The position numbers and the translations under genes are program-made. The notes beneath the pieces were generated by a model. The model saw only the letters and a program-made list of their open reading frames with translations. It ran no database searches and was not told the DNA's origin. Positions 26,315 to 29,245 of a stretch of 29,245 bases of DNA are shown here, in pieces. Source of the DNA: Trichoplax adhaerens (lineage: Eukaryota; Animalia; Placozoa); contig NW_002061019.1 in assembly GCF_000150275.1 (NCBI RefSeq), positions 1-29,245 of the forward strand. The letters are read 5' to 3'. The stretch's first letter is position 1. Every line of letters starts with the position of its first letter.

Positions 26315-27221
26315 TAATGAACTCTTGCAAGCAACATCCACGTTAAGGCATTACTTGTCTTACCTAGCACTACAAATCGGGATATTTCTCCATACTTGCT
26401 ATTACTGTCCTTAGTAAACTATCCTAACGACAAGGCAACACTCTAACAATACAGTAGTAGTTACACTGTGCTAGCTTCGTTGATCGTTGTCAAGTAAGCA
26501 ATGGCGATAATCCTTGATAGAAGAAGAGATATTTCTACATAGGAAAGTCTAGTTGAAAGGACAAGTTGCAAGTCTTGTAGCTATCATCAATTGGCAATGA
26601 ACCAACTCAAAATCGATATTGACTTTCGGCACAACCGGCCATGACAACGTCAGATCGTTGCTCTGTGCATGCTATCGCCATACTTTCAAAGCATGCAAGT
26701 AAGGCAATGAACTGAAATGACTACAATCATATTAGGTTTAGAATGACGAAAAGATTATACTTCGAGTTGCCATGATATCGATCATGTAAGTGCCTATCGT
26801 TACTGCTAAGAAAAGGTAACTGATAATCCATGGTAAAAGAACTGTTTGACAGTGTGGAACAGAACAAAGTTGAACAAGAAAAATGGAGCCTTGGCATGTT
26901 ACGAATTATGCTTGGAGGTGAGTGGTATGTCCACTCGTCTATACGGTAATAAATGTAAAAATATCTCACGATGATTCTAGCTAAGCTAGTCTAATTCTTA
27001 CAAAATAACTATCTCAGGCAGATAGAATCAAAAAAGTCTTTTAGGACAGAGCTAAGAATAGTAGAGCAATCATGAACTACAACAAGAATCTAATGGAAAG
27101 TATCTTGAGCTTAAAAAAAAGTGTCGTCTAGTCTAGTGCAAGCTGATCTCTCCAGTTCTTCAACACATTTCTTAACTTCTGAATCAATTTCATTTCTTTC
27201 TAATTCTTAACTTCTTAAATT

Positions 27222-27403
27222 CATTTTGTTCCATCTATGGACGGTAACAAAGTCGCCTACAAACAGACTTGAGTCGTCAAATAGACCACTTTTCCTCAAC
27301 TAGATCATCAATACATTTTGTTCCATCTATGGACGGTAAAAGTCGCCTACAAACAGACTTGAGCCGTCGAATAGACCACTTTTCCTCAACTACATTATCA
27401 ATA
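27222..27403. repeat. 92-bp tandem duplication spanning a SAP-like motif
   Basis: CATTTTGTTCCATCTATGGACGGTAA...TCAATA at 27222 and 27314. The minus strand reads EEKWSIRRLKSVCRRLLPSIDGTK. Confidence 0.95.
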
Positions 27404-27964
27404 TGTTTTGCACTACGAATTAATCTATTTAAAGTTTCATTACTCTAACATGAATGTCTAACACTATAAGTTATTGGCCATCTTCACCATGATAGCCCAT
27501 CAAGTTACATAAATCTTGCACCATAGTTTACAAACTGGCTAATACCGTGAGATTGGAAGATAGAGTTTCAAGATCGATTGCAATTGGCAAGAGAGAAAGA
27601 AATAGTCCTTGATAGAAAAACTGATCTACCAAACAGCGTGCAATTTAGCTAGAGATCAGAGTCTCCATTTTACTTTCAAGGCAAATGTAAATTGCCACTG
27701 CATACAGAAATATACGTATAGAGTCCTTGGTAGAAGAATTAATTTATATCAACAACATAAAGTTAATAAGAAGCCGAAGTTTTGTTACATTATTTTGGAG
27801 ACACTGCATCATAACTCATCTCCCTGTTGCAGTGTTATGGCTCTGTAGAGTAGAGATTCGAGTAGAAATATTGATATTAGGACAATTTTATTAGCTTGCC
27901 CATATTTAATCAGCTTCTAATTTAGACATATTGCATTTTAATATAGTAGTGACTTTTTTCTGAG

Positions 27965-28884
27965 ACTGTGATATATCTATGACAGATATCTATTCTGAAA
28001 CTGCTAGCTACCCACTAGATTGGGTAAATCGATCAATTTTTAAAACAGAAACGATATTTTTTTCATTGTCGTTCACATCTCATCAACACGAGGGCCAATG
28101 CTTGAAAATTGTTTTTAATTTTATTTACTTTAATAGGGAGTTAACTGTGATATATCTTTGACAGATATCTATTCTGAAATTGCTAGCTACCTAGCTACCC
28201 ACTAGATCGGGTAAATCGATCAATTTTTAAAACATAAAGGATATTTTTTCCCGTTGTCGTTCACATCTCATCAACACGGGGGCCAATGCTAGGAAATTGT
28301 TTTTAATTTTATTTACTTTAATAGGGAGTTAACTGTGATATATCTTTGACAGATATCTATTCTGAAACTGCTAGCTACCCGTTAGATCGGGTAAATCGAT
28401 CAATTTTTAAAACATAAACGATATTTTTTTTCATTGTCGTTCACATCTCATCAACGCGAGGGCCAATGCTTGAAAATTATTCTTAATTTTATTTACTTTA
28501 ATAGGGAGTTAACTGTGATATATCTTTGACAGATATCTATTCTGAAATTGCTAGCTACCTAGCTACCTACTAGATCGGGTAAATCGGTCAATTTTTGGAA
28601 AACATAAACGATATTTTTTCCCCGTTGTCGTTCACATCTCATCAACACGGGGGCCAATGCTAGGAAATTGTTTTTAATTTTATTTACTTTAATAGGGAGT
28701 TAACTGTGATATACCTTTGACAGATATCTATTCTGAAATTGCTAGCTACCCACTAGATCGGGTAAATCGGTCAATTTTTTGTAAACATAAACGATATTTT
28801 TTCCCGTTGTCGTTCACATCTCATCAACACGAGGGCCAATGCTTGGAAATTGCTCTTAATTTTATTTACTTTAATGGGGAGTTA
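27965..28884. repeat. Five-unit ~180-190 bp tandem array with A-B-A-B-mosaic structure
   Basis: Units start ACTGTGATATA at 27965, 28144, 28332, 28512 and 28703 (lengths 179, 188, 180, 191, ~182). Confidence 0.97.
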
Positions 28885-29245
28885 ATAACACAATACTAAA
28901 CTGGCCGAATAAGGCGATCTAGTGATATATTAGAAGGGAATGGAGAATAATCTATTTATAGTTCCAATCACTGTCATTGTAAGTAACTAAGGAAAGTTCT
29001 AGATGAGCTCCAAAAAATATTCCGTATATAAACATAATACAATCTCATTACCTTCAAGAATTCATTCGATGTCTATCTTTGTAAATACTGTTGCCTTCAT
29101 TAGGTAGCAGTAGATGTTACAAATATAAATTTGTAACAAGGAAAAGTGAAACAAATATAGAAATTTAAATACTCTCTACTGTCAGGTTTGTCCTGCCTGA
29201 CCTTTAACTACGGTACGACTACAACTACTGACAATTTTCCTATCG

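Larger units (their letters stand above)
20272..27668 (-). pseudogene. Decayed multi-exon gene (SAP-like + multiple Ulp1/C48-like + Zn-finger-like remnants); probable DNA-transposon relic
   Basis: Putative start METLISS*IARCLVDQFFYQGL at 27668. Short GT-AG introns at 26939-27001, 21333-21386, 20905-20986 and 20350-20441. The phases across 21333-21386 and 20905-20986 join the most protein-like frames. The sequence has scattered stops and frameshifts, and looks somewhat more GC-rich than the flanks. The transposon identity is an inference. Confidence 0.65.

Noticed and set aside
20272-27668. Intact gene in an alternative genetic code (TAA/TAG = Gln)
   Set aside because: TGA stops and frameshifts also occur, duplicate copies differ at CAA/TAA, and the neighbouring gene ends in TAA.
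23393-27848. Plus-strand ORFs at 23393, 25681 and 27609
   Set aside because: Antisense shadows of the minus-strand relic with no recognisable motifs.
27965-28899. CRISPR array, or the 60-aa ORFs at 27979 and 28717
   Set aside because: Whole units repeat with no unique spacers and there are no cas genes. Unit lengths do not preserve frame, so the ORFs are incidental.
19384-29220. AGTCGTACC (19384-19392) and GGTACGACT (29212-29220) as terminal inverted repeats
   Set aside because: Only 9 bp, the match does not extend, and no target-site duplication was seen.

Overview
AT-rich (roughly one third GC by eye) eukaryotic scaffold with two assembly gaps and short GT-AG introns. The style fits a compact animal genome (possibly placozoan-like), but the species cannot be established from the sequence. 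One intact gene is supported: a 3-coding-exon, 459-aa predicted secreted protein (+, 13806-15772). It has a clan CD / peptidase C13-like C-terminal fold in which both catalytic residues appear replaced, and it is preceded by a CRE + heat-shock element + TATA cluster. The right third (about 20.3-27.7 kb, minus strand) is a decayed multi-exon gene that the ORF track misses. Reading through stops and frameshifts gives a SAP-like motif, several tandem Ulp1/SENP (C48)-like protease cores that were later amplified as 270-bp repeats, possible SWIM- and PARP-type zinc-finger remnants, and a further spliced Ulp1-like domain. This is most simply a SUMO-protease-carrying DNA transposon relic, although no transposase motif or termini were identified. 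A ~180-bp A/B higher-order tandem array lies just upstream of its start. The first ~13 kb is mostly non-coding, with a few local duplications. All domain calls are manual motif matches, not database results.
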